64,000 nt of DNA from positions 28,702 through 92,701 of the forward strand of contig CAVPRZ010000009.1 of NCBI GenBank assembly GCA_963708065.1, given 5' to 3'. The stretch's first letter is position 1; each line of letters opens with the position of its first letter. A program made the position numbers and the translations under genes. The notes below the pieces were generated by a model that saw only the letters and a program-made list of their open reading frames with translations, made no database searches and was not told where the DNA came from. Of the stretch, positions 39,415-49,063 are shown piece after piece. Origin of the DNA: an uncultured Chloroflexia bacterium (lineage in GTDB: Bacteria > Chloroflexota > Limnocylindria > Limnocylindrales > CSP1-4).

Positions 39415-40929
39415 CTAGGAGATCGTCCGGAGGCTCGGCCAGATCGTGCTCCACGGGGCGCGCAGGCCCGTGCACACGGACACGGCCTTTCCCTGCTCGC
39501 CGTTGTCGATGCCGAGCCCGTTGTCGATGTGCGCGACGTCTCGACAGCCCACGAAGAACTGACTCCAGTCGGCCGGTCTCCAGTCCCCCACGTGCACCAC
39601 GACCGTTCGATCGTCCGGCGGAGGTCCCCAGTCCCAGAACGCGTTGTGGCCCGAGTAGACCGGGGGCAGCCCCGTGCCGAGCAGCACGAGCGGGCTCGCC
39701 TCGCTGTAGTCGTTGGTCAGGATCACCGCGTGCGCGCGCTGGTCGGCAGGTAGCGAGGCCACCACCTGCTCCACCGTCGCGACGAATTCCGGCCAGCCGA
39801 TCTGGTTGGCCGTATCAGGGACGGTGGCCGGGAGTGAGGTGTTGGCGTACGTCGCCACCGGCAGGATCGGCAGGGTGAGCAGCACGATGAGCGCGCTCGA
39901 GAGCACGGCGGCGGCGGCGAAGCCGACGGCCTTCAGAACCGCATGACCACGGGCCAGCCAGCCGTCGAGGAGGATCGCGCCGGCCGCCATGAACACGGGC
40001 ACCGTGCCGACGGCGTAGTAGGCCTTGCCACCCGAGATGGTGACAAGGGCGAGCGCGACGACGGCGGCGATCCCGATCGCACGCCACGGCGCGGCGTTGC
40101 GCGCGAACAGCACCCAGGCCAATCCGGCGGCGCTGATCGGGAACAGCAGCGGCCCCGTGAACAGCCACAGCAGCGGCACGATCTGAGCACGGTTGTCTGC
40201 TGCGTAGCCCGAGATCTGGGCCGCCATCGTGAGCTGCGGCCAGCCATGGGTCGCCTGCCAGGCGAGGTTGGGCGCCCAGAGCAACAGCGCGATCCCGATC
40301 GCCCCCCATGCCCATGGTGAGCGCACGACGTCCCAGCGTCGGGCGAGCACGAGCCCAACCGCGAGCCCTGCGCCCAGGAACAGGAGCGTGGCCTTGTTCT
40401 CGAGCCCGATCCCCGTCACGACGCCCAGGGCGAGCCATAGCCGCCGGTTGCCGCCGTCCAGCAGCTTCACCAGCAGCCACAGGATGATCGCCCAGGCCAG
40501 CAGGTCGGGCTCAGTGGTGGTGTCAAGATGGCCCGCCCCGAGGTAGCCCGAGAGCGCGGCGGTGATCGCCGCGAGGACCTGCGCCCGTCGCGACCCGCCA
40601 AGGTCACGCGCGATGAGGGCGATCAGGACCACGACCAGCGCCATCTCGATCGCGGGCAGCAAGCGGACCGCGGTCGGCGAGACACCGAGCAGGGCCACGG
40701 ACGCGGCCGACAGGAGCGGGGTCAGCGGCGGCTGGTCGACGTAGCCGAAGGCCGGGTGCTGGCCCGCCACGACGTAGTACATCTCGTCGCCGTGGAAGCC
40801 GTAGGCGCCGGACACCGCCAGCAGCCCGGCGATCATGAGACCGGCAACGAGGAGCACGGGCCAGGGGACGGCGAGCGGCGGGGAGCGGCGGCTGGAAGTC
40901 TCGGCTGTCAAGCCGTCGAGCTCGAGCAC
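39415..40929 (-). CDS. glycosyltransferase family 39 (ArnT-like) membrane protein
   Basis: 504 aa, multi-TM; FHGDEMYYVVAGQHPAFGYVDQPPLTPLL motif. Intact. Confidence 0.85.
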   Translation of the reverse strand: MLELDGLTAETSSRRSPPLAVPWPVLLVAGLMIAGLLAVSGAYGFHGDEMYYVVAGQHPAFGYVDQPPLTPLLSAASVALLGVSPTAVRLLPAIEMALVVVLIALIARDLGGSRRAQVLAAITAALSGYLGAGHLDTTTEPDLLAWAIILWLLVKLLDGGNRRLWLALGVVTGIGLENKATLLFLGAGLAVGLVLARRWDVVRSPWAWGAIGIALLLWAPNLAWQATHGWPQLTMAAQISGYAADNRAQIVPLLWLFTGPLLFPISAAGLAWVLFARNAAPWRAIGIAAVVALALVTISGGKAYYAVGTVPVFMAAGAILLDGWLARGHAVLKAVGFAAAAVLSSALIVLLTLPILPVATYANTSLPATVPDTANQIGWPEFVATVEQVVASLPADQRAHAVILTNDYSEASPLVLLGTGLPPVYSGHNAFWDWGPPPDDRTVVVHVGDWRPADWSQFFVGCRDVAHIDNGLGIDNGEQGKAVSVCTGLRAPWSTIWPSLRTIS

Positions 40930-40935
40930 GACCGG

Positions 40936-42330
40936 TTACGGCTCGACGTTGTGGTTCAGGTGGAAGACGTTGTCCGGATCCCAGGCCCGCTTGAGCGACG
41001 CGAGCCGGGCGAGCTTGGCATCGCCATAGCTGATCCGGCTCTCCTCGGGTCCCGACTCGGCGATCTCGTTGACGTAGCGGCCCGTCACGGTGTCCGGCTC
41101 GACGATCGCCATCGCCCGTCGGACCCAGTCACGGTAGGTCGCGTCGAGAGCGGGGTCGTCCCAGTCCGCGTCGGCGCTGACGTCGAAGCGCGCCTCGCGA
41201 CCGGTGTAGGCCATGGCGTCGTCCGGCACCCGCCCGATGGCCCCGCCCTGGACGGTGATCGAGAACGAGCTCGCACCGGGCGCGCGGGCCGCGTGGTCGA
41301 CGAGCGCGTCGAGGGTCGCCGGGCGGATGTCGTTCGCGTAGGCGCCCATGATGTACGACCGGTGACCCCAGCCCATGACCAGGTCGTGCGCGGTCTGGAC
41401 CTCGAGGTACGGCTGGCTGCCGTCCGTGCTCGAGGCCGGCTCGGGTCCCACACGCAGCGGGGCGACGTCCCGGTCGACCGCCGCGGCGTCCCCGCTGTGG
41501 TTGTAGGCCACGATCACCACCGGCTCGCCGGCGACCGACGCCGGGTAGTCTGCCTCGGGCTCGGCGCGGCCGATGGCCACGATGAGCGCGAGCGCATCCG
41601 GCGCGACCGGCGCGAAGTCGCGCACCATCTGCCAGACCTCGTGGACCCGGGCGGCCGGGTAGATGCGGACCCCGCGATGGAGCAGCGGTCCGAACTCGCG
41701 GAGGTCGAACTCGAAGGAGGTCACGACGCCGAAGTTGGCGCCGGCGCCCCGGATGCCCCAGAAGAGGTCGGGCTCCTCCGATTCGCTCGCGCGCACCGTG
41801 CGGCCATCCGCGGTCACGAGCTCGACTGCGCGCAGGTTGTCGATCGTCAGGCCGAACTGCCGCTGGAGCCGGCCCACGCCTCCGCCGAGCGTCAGCCCGG
41901 CGACGCCGGTGTGACCGATGACGCCGACCGGGCAGACGAGGCCGTGCGCCTGCGCGGCCACGTCGAGCTCACCGAGGAGCGCGCCGCCGTTCGCGTAGGC
42001 GATGCGGCGGACGGGGTCCACGGTCACGCCGCGGAGCCGCGAGAGGTCGATGACGAGCCCGCCGTCGGTGGTCGAGTGCCCCGAAGCGCTGTGGCCGCCC
42101 GACCGGACGGCGATCTCGAGGTCGCGCTCACGTCCGAACCGAATGGCGGTCGCGACATCCTCGCGGTCGGTCGGGCGGACGAGGATCGCCGGTCGCCGGT
42201 CGAACACCGCGTTCCAGACCCGACGGGCATCGTCGTACGCGTCGTCGCCCGGGGTGATGACGTCGCCGCCGAACGTCTCGCCCAGGTGATCGATGTGTCC
42301 GCGTGTGAGCCCAGCCAGCGCGTCCGCCAT
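40936..42330 (-). CDS. FAD-binding (PCMH-type) oxidoreductase with BBE-like C-terminus
   Basis: AVRSGGHSASGHS, CPVGVIGHTGVAGLTLGGGVG; C-terminal YVNE...L..LK..WDPDNVFHLNHNV. Confidence 0.85.
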   Translation of the reverse strand: MADALAGLTRGHIDHLGETFGGDVITPGDDAYDDARRVWNAVFDRRPAILVRPTDREDVATAIRFGRERDLEIAVRSGGHSASGHSTTDGGLVIDLSRLRGVTVDPVRRIAYANGGALLGELDVAAQAHGLVCPVGVIGHTGVAGLTLGGGVGRLQRQFGLTIDNLRAVELVTADGRTVRASESEEPDLFWGIRGAGANFGVVTSFEFDLREFGPLLHRGVRIYPAARVHEVWQMVRDFAPVAPDALALIVAIGRAEPEADYPASVAGEPVVIVAYNHSGDAAAVDRDVAPLRVGPEPASSTDGSQPYLEVQTAHDLVMGWGHRSYIMGAYANDIRPATLDALVDHAARAPGASSFSITVQGGAIGRVPDDAMAYTGREARFDVSADADWDDPALDATYRDWVRRAMAIVEPDTVTGRYVNEIAESGPEESRISYGDAKLARLASLKRAWDPDNVFHLNHNVEP

Positions 42331-42459
42331 TGACCTCGGCCTCCCATGCGTCGCCGGTGCCAGATCGTCGTGACGACCTTACCCGGTGCGGCGCTCGTCG
42401 AGGTCGCCATCGGCGCTTCCGCCCACGGGGGCCGCCATCCCGGACAGGGCGTCGAGCCG

Positions 42460-42801
42460 TCAGCCCCCGATCGGTGTTCCCTGGTGGAAGCGCAGCTGCC
42501 ATCGGCCGTCGCGCCGGACCCAGACTGAGGAGCGGTTCGCCAGCGCCGCTCGATAGGTGACGAGCGCCACGCCGTCGCCGAGCTCGGCGACCTCGAACCG
42601 GTCGATCGGCACCGGCGGACCCGGCGAGCCCTCGAGTAGCTCGCGAATCGAGTCGCGCGTCCAGACCCGTCCGCTGCGCCCGAACTCGACGAAGTCGTCG
42701 GCGATCAGGCTCAGCAGGCCGCCGTCGATGCCGTCGGGATTGCGCGCCGCCAATGCCGCCTCGAAGCGGAGCAGCACCTCGCGCAGCTCTGCATCGCTCA
42801 C
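42460..42801 (-). CDS. NTF2-like (SnoaL/DUF4440) protein
   Basis: 113 aa with the typical ...DDFVEFGRSGRVW...SSVWVRRDGRWQLRFHQGT pattern. Confidence 0.7.
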   Translation of the reverse strand: MSDAELREVLLRFEAALAARNPDGIDGGLLSLIADDFVEFGRSGRVWTRDSIRELLEGSPGPPVPIDRFEVAELGDGVALVTYRAALANRSSVWVRRDGRWQLRFHQGTPIGG

Positions 42802-42844
42802 GCCGGCGAGTATGACTCGGACCGGACGCGTGTCGACGCAGGCG

Positions 42845-43603
42845 TCATACGAGACCGCGTGCCGCCCAGGCCCGGGCGGTGAGCACGAACGGTCCCGGCG
42901 GGACCATGGACCGACACGTCTCGCGCAACTCGGCCTGGCGCTCTATGTCGAGGCCGGCGACGTAGGATCCGGCTGGGCCGACGCCGAGGGTGAACGGTTC
43001 CCACCACGCCTCGAAGCTCGAGTGCTCGCGACGGACCGAGAGTGCCATCTCCTCGATCTCGCGCAGGCCGGCGGCCTGGAGCAGCTCGGCGAGGTGGCCC
43101 TCCCGCACGCCCGCGAGCTGCGACTCATCGTCGACCTCGGGATCGAGGACTCGCGCTGCCTGCCAGAACAGGCTGAGCGGGCCCTGATCGCCGGCGTGAT
43201 CCCAGACGCAGGCGGCGATGACACCGTCTCGCCGGGTCACCCGCGCCATCTCCGCCAGGCCCGCGACCGAATCCGACATGAGATGGACCACGAGCTGCGC
43301 AAGCGCGGCGTCGAATGAACGGTCCGGAAACGGCAGTCGCTCGGCCGGAGCCTGGGAGACCTCCACGCCGGGGTAGCGGGCCCGCACGGCAGCGACGAAG
43401 GGCGGCGAGGGGTCGACGGCAGCTACGGCTGCGGCCCCGAGGCGCGTGACGAGCTCGGCCGTGAGTGCGCCGGGGCCACAGCCGACATCGAGCACGCGCT
43501 GGCCTGCTCGCACCCGGGCGATGTCGGCCATCTGCGGGGCGAGCAGGACCGAGTACCGGCCCATGAACTCGTCGTACGCCTCCGCGGCAACCTCGAAGCT
43601 CAT
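42845..43603 (-). CDS. class I SAM-dependent methyltransferase
   Basis: Start MSFEVAAEAYDEFMGRY at 43603; motif I VLDVGCGPG. Confidence 0.85.
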   Translation of the reverse strand: MSFEVAAEAYDEFMGRYSVLLAPQMADIARVRAGQRVLDVGCGPGALTAELVTRLGAAAVAAVDPSPPFVAAVRARYPGVEVSQAPAERLPFPDRSFDAALAQLVVHLMSDSVAGLAEMARVTRRDGVIAACVWDHAGDQGPLSLFWQAARVLDPEVDDESQLAGVREGHLAELLQAAGLREIEEMALSVRREHSSFEAWWEPFTLGVGPAGSYVAGLDIERQAELRETCRSMVPPGPFVLTARAWAARGLV

Positions 43604-43608
43604 GGCCG

Positions 43609-44007
43609 CTAGGTCGCGATCTCCCAGATGTGGCCGCCGGGATCGACGAAGCTGGCGGTCCGGACACCCCACGGCCGATCCAGTGGACCGTTCAGGAGCT
43701 CCACTCCGCGACGGGCCAGCTCGGCGCACGTGGCGTCCACGTCAGCGACGTTGACCGTGAGCTGGAAGCGCGAGCCGACCCCGCGAGGCGCCACGGCGGC
43801 GGGCTCGATGAGCTCCCCTGCCGCGGTCGCTCTCAGCAGGTTGACCAGCGTCCCGCCGAAGGCGAAGACCGCCGAGTCGTCGTCCTCGAACGTGACGGGC
43901 AGGCCGAACACGTCCTGGTAGAACTGCTTCGCGGCCGCCAGGTCCTCGACGAACAGCGTGATGGCGCCGATCCCCGTCGGCCACGGAGCGACTTCCGACC
44001 CAGCCAT
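43609..44007 (-). CDS. VOC (glyoxalase/bleomycin-resistance) family protein
   Basis: 132 aa; ITLFVEDLAAAKQFYQDVFG...FVDPGGHIWEI. Confidence 0.8.
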   Translation of the reverse strand: MAGSEVAPWPTGIGAITLFVEDLAAAKQFYQDVFGLPVTFEDDDSAVFAFGGTLVNLLRATAAGELIEPAAVAPRGVGSRFQLTVNVADVDATCAELARRGVELLNGPLDRPWGVRTASFVDPGGHIWEIAT

Positions 44008-44108
44008 GAGGCCCTCCCAAGTGACAACGGCAGTGTGCCGCGTCGGAACGATCTCACGTGGTCCGCATCCGTCGCCAGCCACCGCCGGAGGGATCGGCAG
44101 CGGGAGGG

Positions 44109-45689
44109 TCAGGCGGTCTGCGGCCCGCCGACGACAACCGGCGGTCGCCGGTGGGCGTATGCCACGACAGCCAGGCCGGCCAGACCAAGCACGCACAGGT
44201 AGACGAGGACGTCGCCGAGGCGGCTGTAGATCGTCACGACTCCACTCGTCGGGATGTGGGCCAGCAGGATCCCGCCGCCACCGACGTCGTCGCGGCTTGC
44301 GAGCGTCCGTCCCTCCGGATCGAGGATGAGCGACGGCCCGTTGCCGGTGGCACGCACCAGGACGAATCCGTTCTCGACGGTCCGGAAGGTGGCCTCGGCA
44401 GCGTCGGCCGCGGCCCAGACCGGAAACATGCTGTGCGTGGGCGCGAACAGGACATCGGTGTCGTTCGTGCCGGCCTGGTGCAGGAGGCCAGGGAACCCCA
44501 TGTCGTTGCAGATCGCCGTGCTGAGCCGGCCATAGGCGGTGTCCGCAAGTGGCAGCACGCCGGGACCGGCGGCCGTGACGATCGACTCGCCGGGGAAGAC
44601 CGGCTTCGTCTTGTCGTAGGTCCACACGACCGCACCGCTCGGGTCAACGAGGATCGCCTGGTTGCGCAGGTAGTCCAGACCGGGCACACGGGTCAGCACG
44701 CCAAATGTCACCTCCAGGTAGGCGCCGTACCGATCCGCCAGGGTGGCGGCGCGGTCGATCGCGCCCTGCCTGTCTTCCTCGAGCACCCAGGTCGACCCCT
44801 CCGGCCAGGCGACGACCTTCGCGCCCTGGCGCAGGGCCGATTCGGTCCGCGCGAGCATCGCGTCGACCGTCGCGGCGAGCCTCGTCCGGACGGCCGCGCG
44901 CTGCTCGTCGGTCGATTGGTTGAACGTCGCCCAGTCGATCCCCTGGGTCGCGCCATCCACGAACGCGCCGTCGGCGGTGACCATCGCCACGTCGAGTTCC
45001 GGCGTCGCGGGGGCGGGAACGTTCAGGCGAAGGACACCGAACAGGAAGACGCCTGCCAGCGCCGCCCCCAACAGAGCGACCGGGCCGCGGACCTCCCGCC
45101 AGTGGAGCCCGTGCTCCCACACCGCATTGACGGTCGACGCGAACCAGGCCATGAGGAACGTCAGGCCCCACATGCCGGTCACGGAGACGATCTGCATGAG
45201 GGCGAGGTCACCTGCCTGCGAGTAGGCGGGCGAGCCGAAGGTCCCGGTGGCGCTGAGCGATCCCAGCCAGTCCGCGGCGACGAAGGCCATCGGGAAGACG
45301 AACAGGCGTGGCCACGTGCCGAGGCGAGCGCCGATCAGCCGGTCGGCCGCATACGGCAGCGTGTAGAGCACGCCACGGACGAGCGGATATCCGGTCAGAC
45401 CCCAGATCAGGGCGATCGAGGTCCCCGTCGTGCCGCGCTCGTCGATGAGCACACCCGCCGCGTACGCCACCAGGACCACGAGGAGCGCGGTCCGCCCGCG
45501 CTCGCAGGTCCGGACGAACCGCAGCAGGAAGACCGGCGCGATCCAGGCCGCGAGCGGGACGACGGCCTGGTAGGCGGCGAAGGGCAGGAGCACGAACCCG
45601 ATGACCAGCCACAACCAGGGAAGCTGTCCGGCCGGGATTCGCATCACGCCGGTCCTCCGGGTCACGCTCCGACCAGGGCGCGGCTCCAC
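44109..45689 (-). CDS. apolipoprotein N-acyltransferase-like (multi-TM N-terminus + carbon-nitrogen hydrolase domain)
   Basis: VAWPEGS (Glu), DKTKPVF (Lys), TAICNDMGFP (Cys) catalytic triad context; N-terminal TM bundle. Confidence 0.8.
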   Translation of the reverse strand: MEPRPGRSVTRRTGVMRIPAGQLPWLWLVIGFVLLPFAAYQAVVPLAAWIAPVFLLRFVRTCERGRTALLVVLVAYAAGVLIDERGTTGTSIALIWGLTGYPLVRGVLYTLPYAADRLIGARLGTWPRLFVFPMAFVAADWLGSLSATGTFGSPAYSQAGDLALMQIVSVTGMWGLTFLMAWFASTVNAVWEHGLHWREVRGPVALLGAALAGVFLFGVLRLNVPAPATPELDVAMVTADGAFVDGATQGIDWATFNQSTDEQRAAVRTRLAATVDAMLARTESALRQGAKVVAWPEGSTWVLEEDRQGAIDRAATLADRYGAYLEVTFGVLTRVPGLDYLRNQAILVDPSGAVVWTYDKTKPVFPGESIVTAAGPGVLPLADTAYGRLSTAICNDMGFPGLLHQAGTNDTDVLFAPTHSMFPVWAAADAAEATFRTVENGFVLVRATGNGPSLILDPEGRTLASRDDVGGGGILLAHIPTSGVVTIYSRLGDVLVYLCVLGLAGLAVVAYAHRRPPVVVGGPQTA

Positions 45690-45835
45690 AGGGTGCAGGA
45701 GCTCTCGCGGTCATCGTGGTCCTGCGCCGGACCGGTGCGAAGAGGCCGTGGTCCCAATCGGCGGGTGCCGTTCGGCCGAGGGCCATCGTCGGGCTCGGCT
45801 GGCGACCCCGTCCCGGCCAGAGTAGATTGGCCCGC

Positions 45836-46186
45836 ATGCTTCGTGTCGGTTCGATCGTCATCCGCGTCGATGACCTGCAGCGCCAGGCCGACTTCTGGGA
45901 GGCGGCGCTTGGCTACGAGCGCCGCCAGGGCGACGACGACTTCATCCTGTTGCGTCCGAAGGACGGCGTCGGGCCGAATGTCTCACTCGACCAGGTTCGC
46001 TCGACCGTCCAGGTGCCGCCGCGCATCCACCTAGATCTGTATGCCGACGACCAGGCGGGCGAGGTCAAGCGCCTGATCGCGCTCGGTGCGACCGAGGTCC
46101 ACTGGGACAAGCGCCCGCCGGACGCCGACTACGTCATCCTGGCCGACCCCGAGGGCAACCGCTTCTGCGTCGTGGACGTCAGCTAG
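45836..46186 (+). CDS. VOC family protein
   Basis: Start MLRVGSIVIRVDDLQRQADFWEAALGY at 45836; ...HLDLY...LADPEGNRFCVV. Confidence 0.75.
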   Translation: MLRVGSIVIRVDDLQRQADFWEAALGYERRQGDDDFILLRPKDGVGPNVSLDQVRSTVQVPPRIHLDLYADDQAGEVKRLIALGATEVHWDKRPPDADYVILADPEGNRFCVVDVS

Positions 46187-46381
46187 TCCTCGTGTCCACG
46201 CACGGTTACGGGTCGCCCCAGCTCAGGCTCGCCCGCTCCGTCGCGGAGAGCAGGAGCGCGCTCGACCGCCGGGGCGACGATCCGGCTCCCGCAGGACGAA
46301 ATCCAGTCGGTGAGTTCCGGCCGTAGACGCCGCCGGGGCGCCAGCATCCCCGCGTATGGCGCACGTAACGAGGAGCAGCCC

Positions 46382-46630
46382 ATGCCCACGTACCTGGACA
46401 TCCACGACATCCCAGGCGTCAAGGCCACCGACGTCGCCGGGGCCCACGAGGCGGACGTCAGCGTCCAGAGCCGCTTCGGGGTGAACTACCGGCACTACTG
46501 GGTCGACGAGGAGGCCGGCAAGGTCTTCTGCCTGGTCGACGCGCCCAACCGCGCCTCCGCGGCGCAGGTCCATCGGGAGGCCCACGGCCTCGAGGCCCAC
46601 ACGCTCTACGAGGTCGAGCAGGGCGCCTGA
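46382..46630 (+). CDS. DUF4242 (SCO4226-like) small protein
   Basis: MPTYLDIHDIPGVKATDVAGAHEADV...KVFCLVDAPNRASAAQVHREAHG. Confidence 0.65.
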   Translation: MPTYLDIHDIPGVKATDVAGAHEADVSVQSRFGVNYRHYWVDEEAGKVFCLVDAPNRASAAQVHREAHGLEAHTLYEVEQGA

Positions 46631-46712
46631 GCCTGGCCGATCCGGCGGCCGCCAACCACCCCGGGAGTCGGACCGGCGCGCGACACGTGCGCCGGTCCGA
46701 CCTGACCACCGC

Positions 46713-47156
46713 CTACGTGGCCGGCTCCGCGCCCACGGCAGCGTCTCCCGATCGGCCGCGCAGCCGGACGTCGGTGCCGCGACGGAGCGAGTTCGGAATC
46801 TCGGCGATCTCGTCGACGTAGGCCACCAGGCCGGCGAGCGCCTCCGCCGGCGCGTCGCCCGACAGCTCGACCTCGTACTCGATCGGCGTCGACGTGGCCG
46901 GGCTCCCGACGTAGTCGCTGTCGGCGATGACCCGGACGCGATCGAGCCGGATGCCGCGCTTTGCGGCCTCGCGGAACAGGTCGTTCGAGACGCACCCGGC
47001 GACCGCGAGGTTGAGCAGCTGGCCGCCGTTGAAACCGAGTCCGCGCCCGCCTCCCTCGACGGGCCGGTCGATGACGACGGTCACCGAGCCTCCCCAGCCG
47101 AGTGCCGTCGGTCCACCGTCGACGGACCGGACCTCGACCCAATACGCGTCAGACAT
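46713..47156 (-). CDS. OsmC-family protein
   Basis: Start MSDAYWVEV at 47156; GGGRGLGFNGGQLLNLAVAGCVSND. Confidence 0.75.
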   Translation of the reverse strand: MSDAYWVEVRSVDGGPTALGWGGSVTVVIDRPVEGGGRGLGFNGGQLLNLAVAGCVSNDLFREAAKRGIRLDRVRVIADSDYVGSPATSTPIEYEVELSGDAPAEALAGLVAYVDEIAEIPNSLRRGTDVRLRGRSGDAAVGAEPAT

Positions 47157-47796
47157 CGCTCGTTCCTCCGCTGCGGAGCAGGTGCTGCTCGAACTCGTCG
47201 GGCGTTCGGATCCCATGGTCGAGCACGGCCTCGTAGATCTCGTAGCTCCGGACCGTCGTTCCGTACGCCGGGCGGTCGCGCCAGGCATCCTTGATGCGGA
47301 GGATCGCGAGCCGGGTCTCCGGGGTCAGCCGCGGCGGGAGCGACTCGAGGTGGTCAAGGTCGAACTGGCGGGTCCCCTCGAGCAGGAACCACAGGTCCAG
47401 GCTCCACGGCTCCCCGCCGGCGGCGCGGTACTCGAGGCCCCAGTACAGGCCGTCGGGGTAGTCGGGGTCGACGTTCCAGCGGCCGGTGTCGTTTCGGAAC
47501 CCGAGCCGGCGCAGCCGCGGATGCGCGGCCAGCGGACGACCGAGGGCGAAGACCGACCCCACCTCGAGAGCCGGGCACAGTGTCGTGATGTCGATGTCCC
47601 GCCGGACCATCAACCCGAGGGCGACGCTGCCGGTGAGGACGGGCCGCCCGACGGTGCCCAGGCGCTCGAGCAGGTCCAGGTCCGCCAGCACATCCGCCGC
47701 CTCGGACTGGAGCGAGGCCTCGCGGGCGAGCAGCTCGTGGTCGGTCGGCGGGACGTGCTCGGGCACGGCGCCACGATAGCGGAGGCGAGCCGGCAC
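47149..47796 (-). CDS. nucleotidyltransferase-fold protein
   Basis: GSVALGLMVRRDIDI fits the NTase G[SG]-x(9-13)-[DE]h[DE]h motif; 215 aa. Confidence 0.55.
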   Translation of the reverse strand: MPARLRYRGAVPEHVPPTDHELLAREASLQSEAADVLADLDLLERLGTVGRPVLTGSVALGLMVRRDIDITTLCPALEVGSVFALGRPLAAHPRLRRLGFRNDTGRWNVDPDYPDGLYWGLEYRAAGGEPWSLDLWFLLEGTRQFDLDHLESLPPRLTPETRLAILRIKDAWRDRPAYGTTVRSYEIYEAVLDHGIRTPDEFEQHLLRSGGTSDV

Positions 47797-47830
47797 GGAT
47801 CGCGGCCGGACGGGTCGCGGCGGATCGGCG

Positions 47831-48229
47831 TCAGTCGGTCGGGGCGTTCAACCCAAGCGCCTGGTCGATGGCCTCGGCGAGTCGCTCACCGGTCGGCTGA
47901 CCCACGAGCGGAGTCACGCCGTGGAGCCCGGCGGTCTCGATCCACGACGGCTCCATCCCGCTCGCAGTGAGCACGACCGGGGTGTCCGGGTGGATCTCTC
48001 GGATGCCCTCGATGAGCCGCTGGGCGCCCTCCGGCTCGCCGGTCACCCAGGCGTCGTAGACGAGCACGTCGGCGTTCTCGGCCATGTCGCACACCCGACC
48101 GGACAGGATCGGGCAGCTCGAGCCGATCGGACCCATGCATTGCTGGACCTCGAAGCCGCGGCGCCGGAGCGCATCCGTCTCCTGGTCGGCGAGATCGATG
48201 TCGTGGTGGACGAGAAGCACCCGGGTCAT
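47831..48229 (-). CDS. receiver(CheY)-like single-domain protein with Cys-containing insertion
   Basis: MTRVLLVHHDIDLADQE..., (beta-alpha)5-like periodicity, insertion CMGPIGSSCPILSGRVC. Whether a phospho-acceptor Asp is present is not certain. Confidence 0.45.
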   Translation of the reverse strand: MTRVLLVHHDIDLADQETDALRRRGFEVQQCMGPIGSSCPILSGRVCDMAENADVLVYDAWVTGEPEGAQRLIEGIREIHPDTPVVLTASGMEPSWIETAGLHGVTPLVGQPTGERLAEAIDQALGLNAPTD

Positions 48230-48233
48230 CGCG

Positions 48234-48950
48234 TTACCTCCTCCCGGTTCGATGGACGAGGTCCCGCGGCTCGGGTTGCACGTCGTGATCGTCGAACCGC
48301 CAGGACAACCGGTCGTCGACCGCGACGACCCCGTCGACTTGCCCCGCCAGCCGCTCCAGGATCCGGGCGGTCGAGCGGCGATCGACCTGCCCCTCGAGGC
48401 GGACGACCCCGTCGGTCACCGCGACCTCGAGGTCGGCCGGGTCGATCCACATGGTCCGGACGACGATCTCGTCACGGACGATCGCTGCGATCTCGGCGTC
48501 AGGTCGCGCGAATGCCCGGACCACGTCGGCGCGGGTCACGATCCCGACGAGCCGTCCGGCCCGCCCGACGACCGGCAACCGGTTGACCCGCTCGCGGATC
48601 ATCAGGTCGGCCGCCTCGCGGAGCGGTCGGTCGGGCGCGATGGTGAGCGCCGGCCTGGTCATGGCGTCATGGGCGGCGACCGCCTTGATCTTGACCAGCT
48701 CGCGCTCGGCGGTCCTCGACTCGCCGAGCAGCCACGCCAGCGGGCGTCGCGAGCGGCCGTCCTCGCCGCGCTCCTTGACCAGGAGATCCGCCTCAGAGAC
48801 GACCCCGACGACGAGCCCGGTCGGGTCGACGACCGGGATCCCGCTCACGCCGTACTCGATCATCAGCCGGGCCACATCCTTGAGCGGCGTCTCGGGCTCG
48901 ACCGTGACGACCTCCGGCGTCATCACGTCGCGAACCTTGAGGCTGATCAT
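48234..48950 (-). CDS. CBS-pair + BON domain protein
   Basis: Start MISLKVRDVMTPEVVTV at 48950; second CBS HDAMTRPALTI...; C-terminal BON (VTDGVVRLEGQVDRRSTARILERLAGQVDGVVAVDDRL). Confidence 0.8.
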   Translation of the reverse strand: MISLKVRDVMTPEVVTVEPETPLKDVARLMIEYGVSGIPVVDPTGLVVGVVSEADLLVKERGEDGRSRRPLAWLLGESRTAERELVKIKAVAAHDAMTRPALTIAPDRPLREAADLMIRERVNRLPVVGRAGRLVGIVTRADVVRAFARPDAEIAAIVRDEIVVRTMWIDPADLEVAVTDGVVRLEGQVDRRSTARILERLAGQVDGVVAVDDRLSWRFDDHDVQPEPRDLVHRTGRR

Positions 48951-49063
48951 CGTCGGGCTCCGGCTGGGACGGGTCGGTATCGACTCATCCTGGGCGGCCG
49001 ACGCCTGGAGGGGACGGACCGTTCGGCCCGAAAGGACCCCCCGATCGGCACCCATCGCCCCGC

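Noticed and set aside
40528-42333. 601-aa plus-strand ORF antisense to the FAD oxidase and GT39 genes; similar cases at 44058-46034, 58090-59604, 24418-25617 and 12-650
   Set aside because: The same shadow-ORF pattern, typical of >70% GC DNA.
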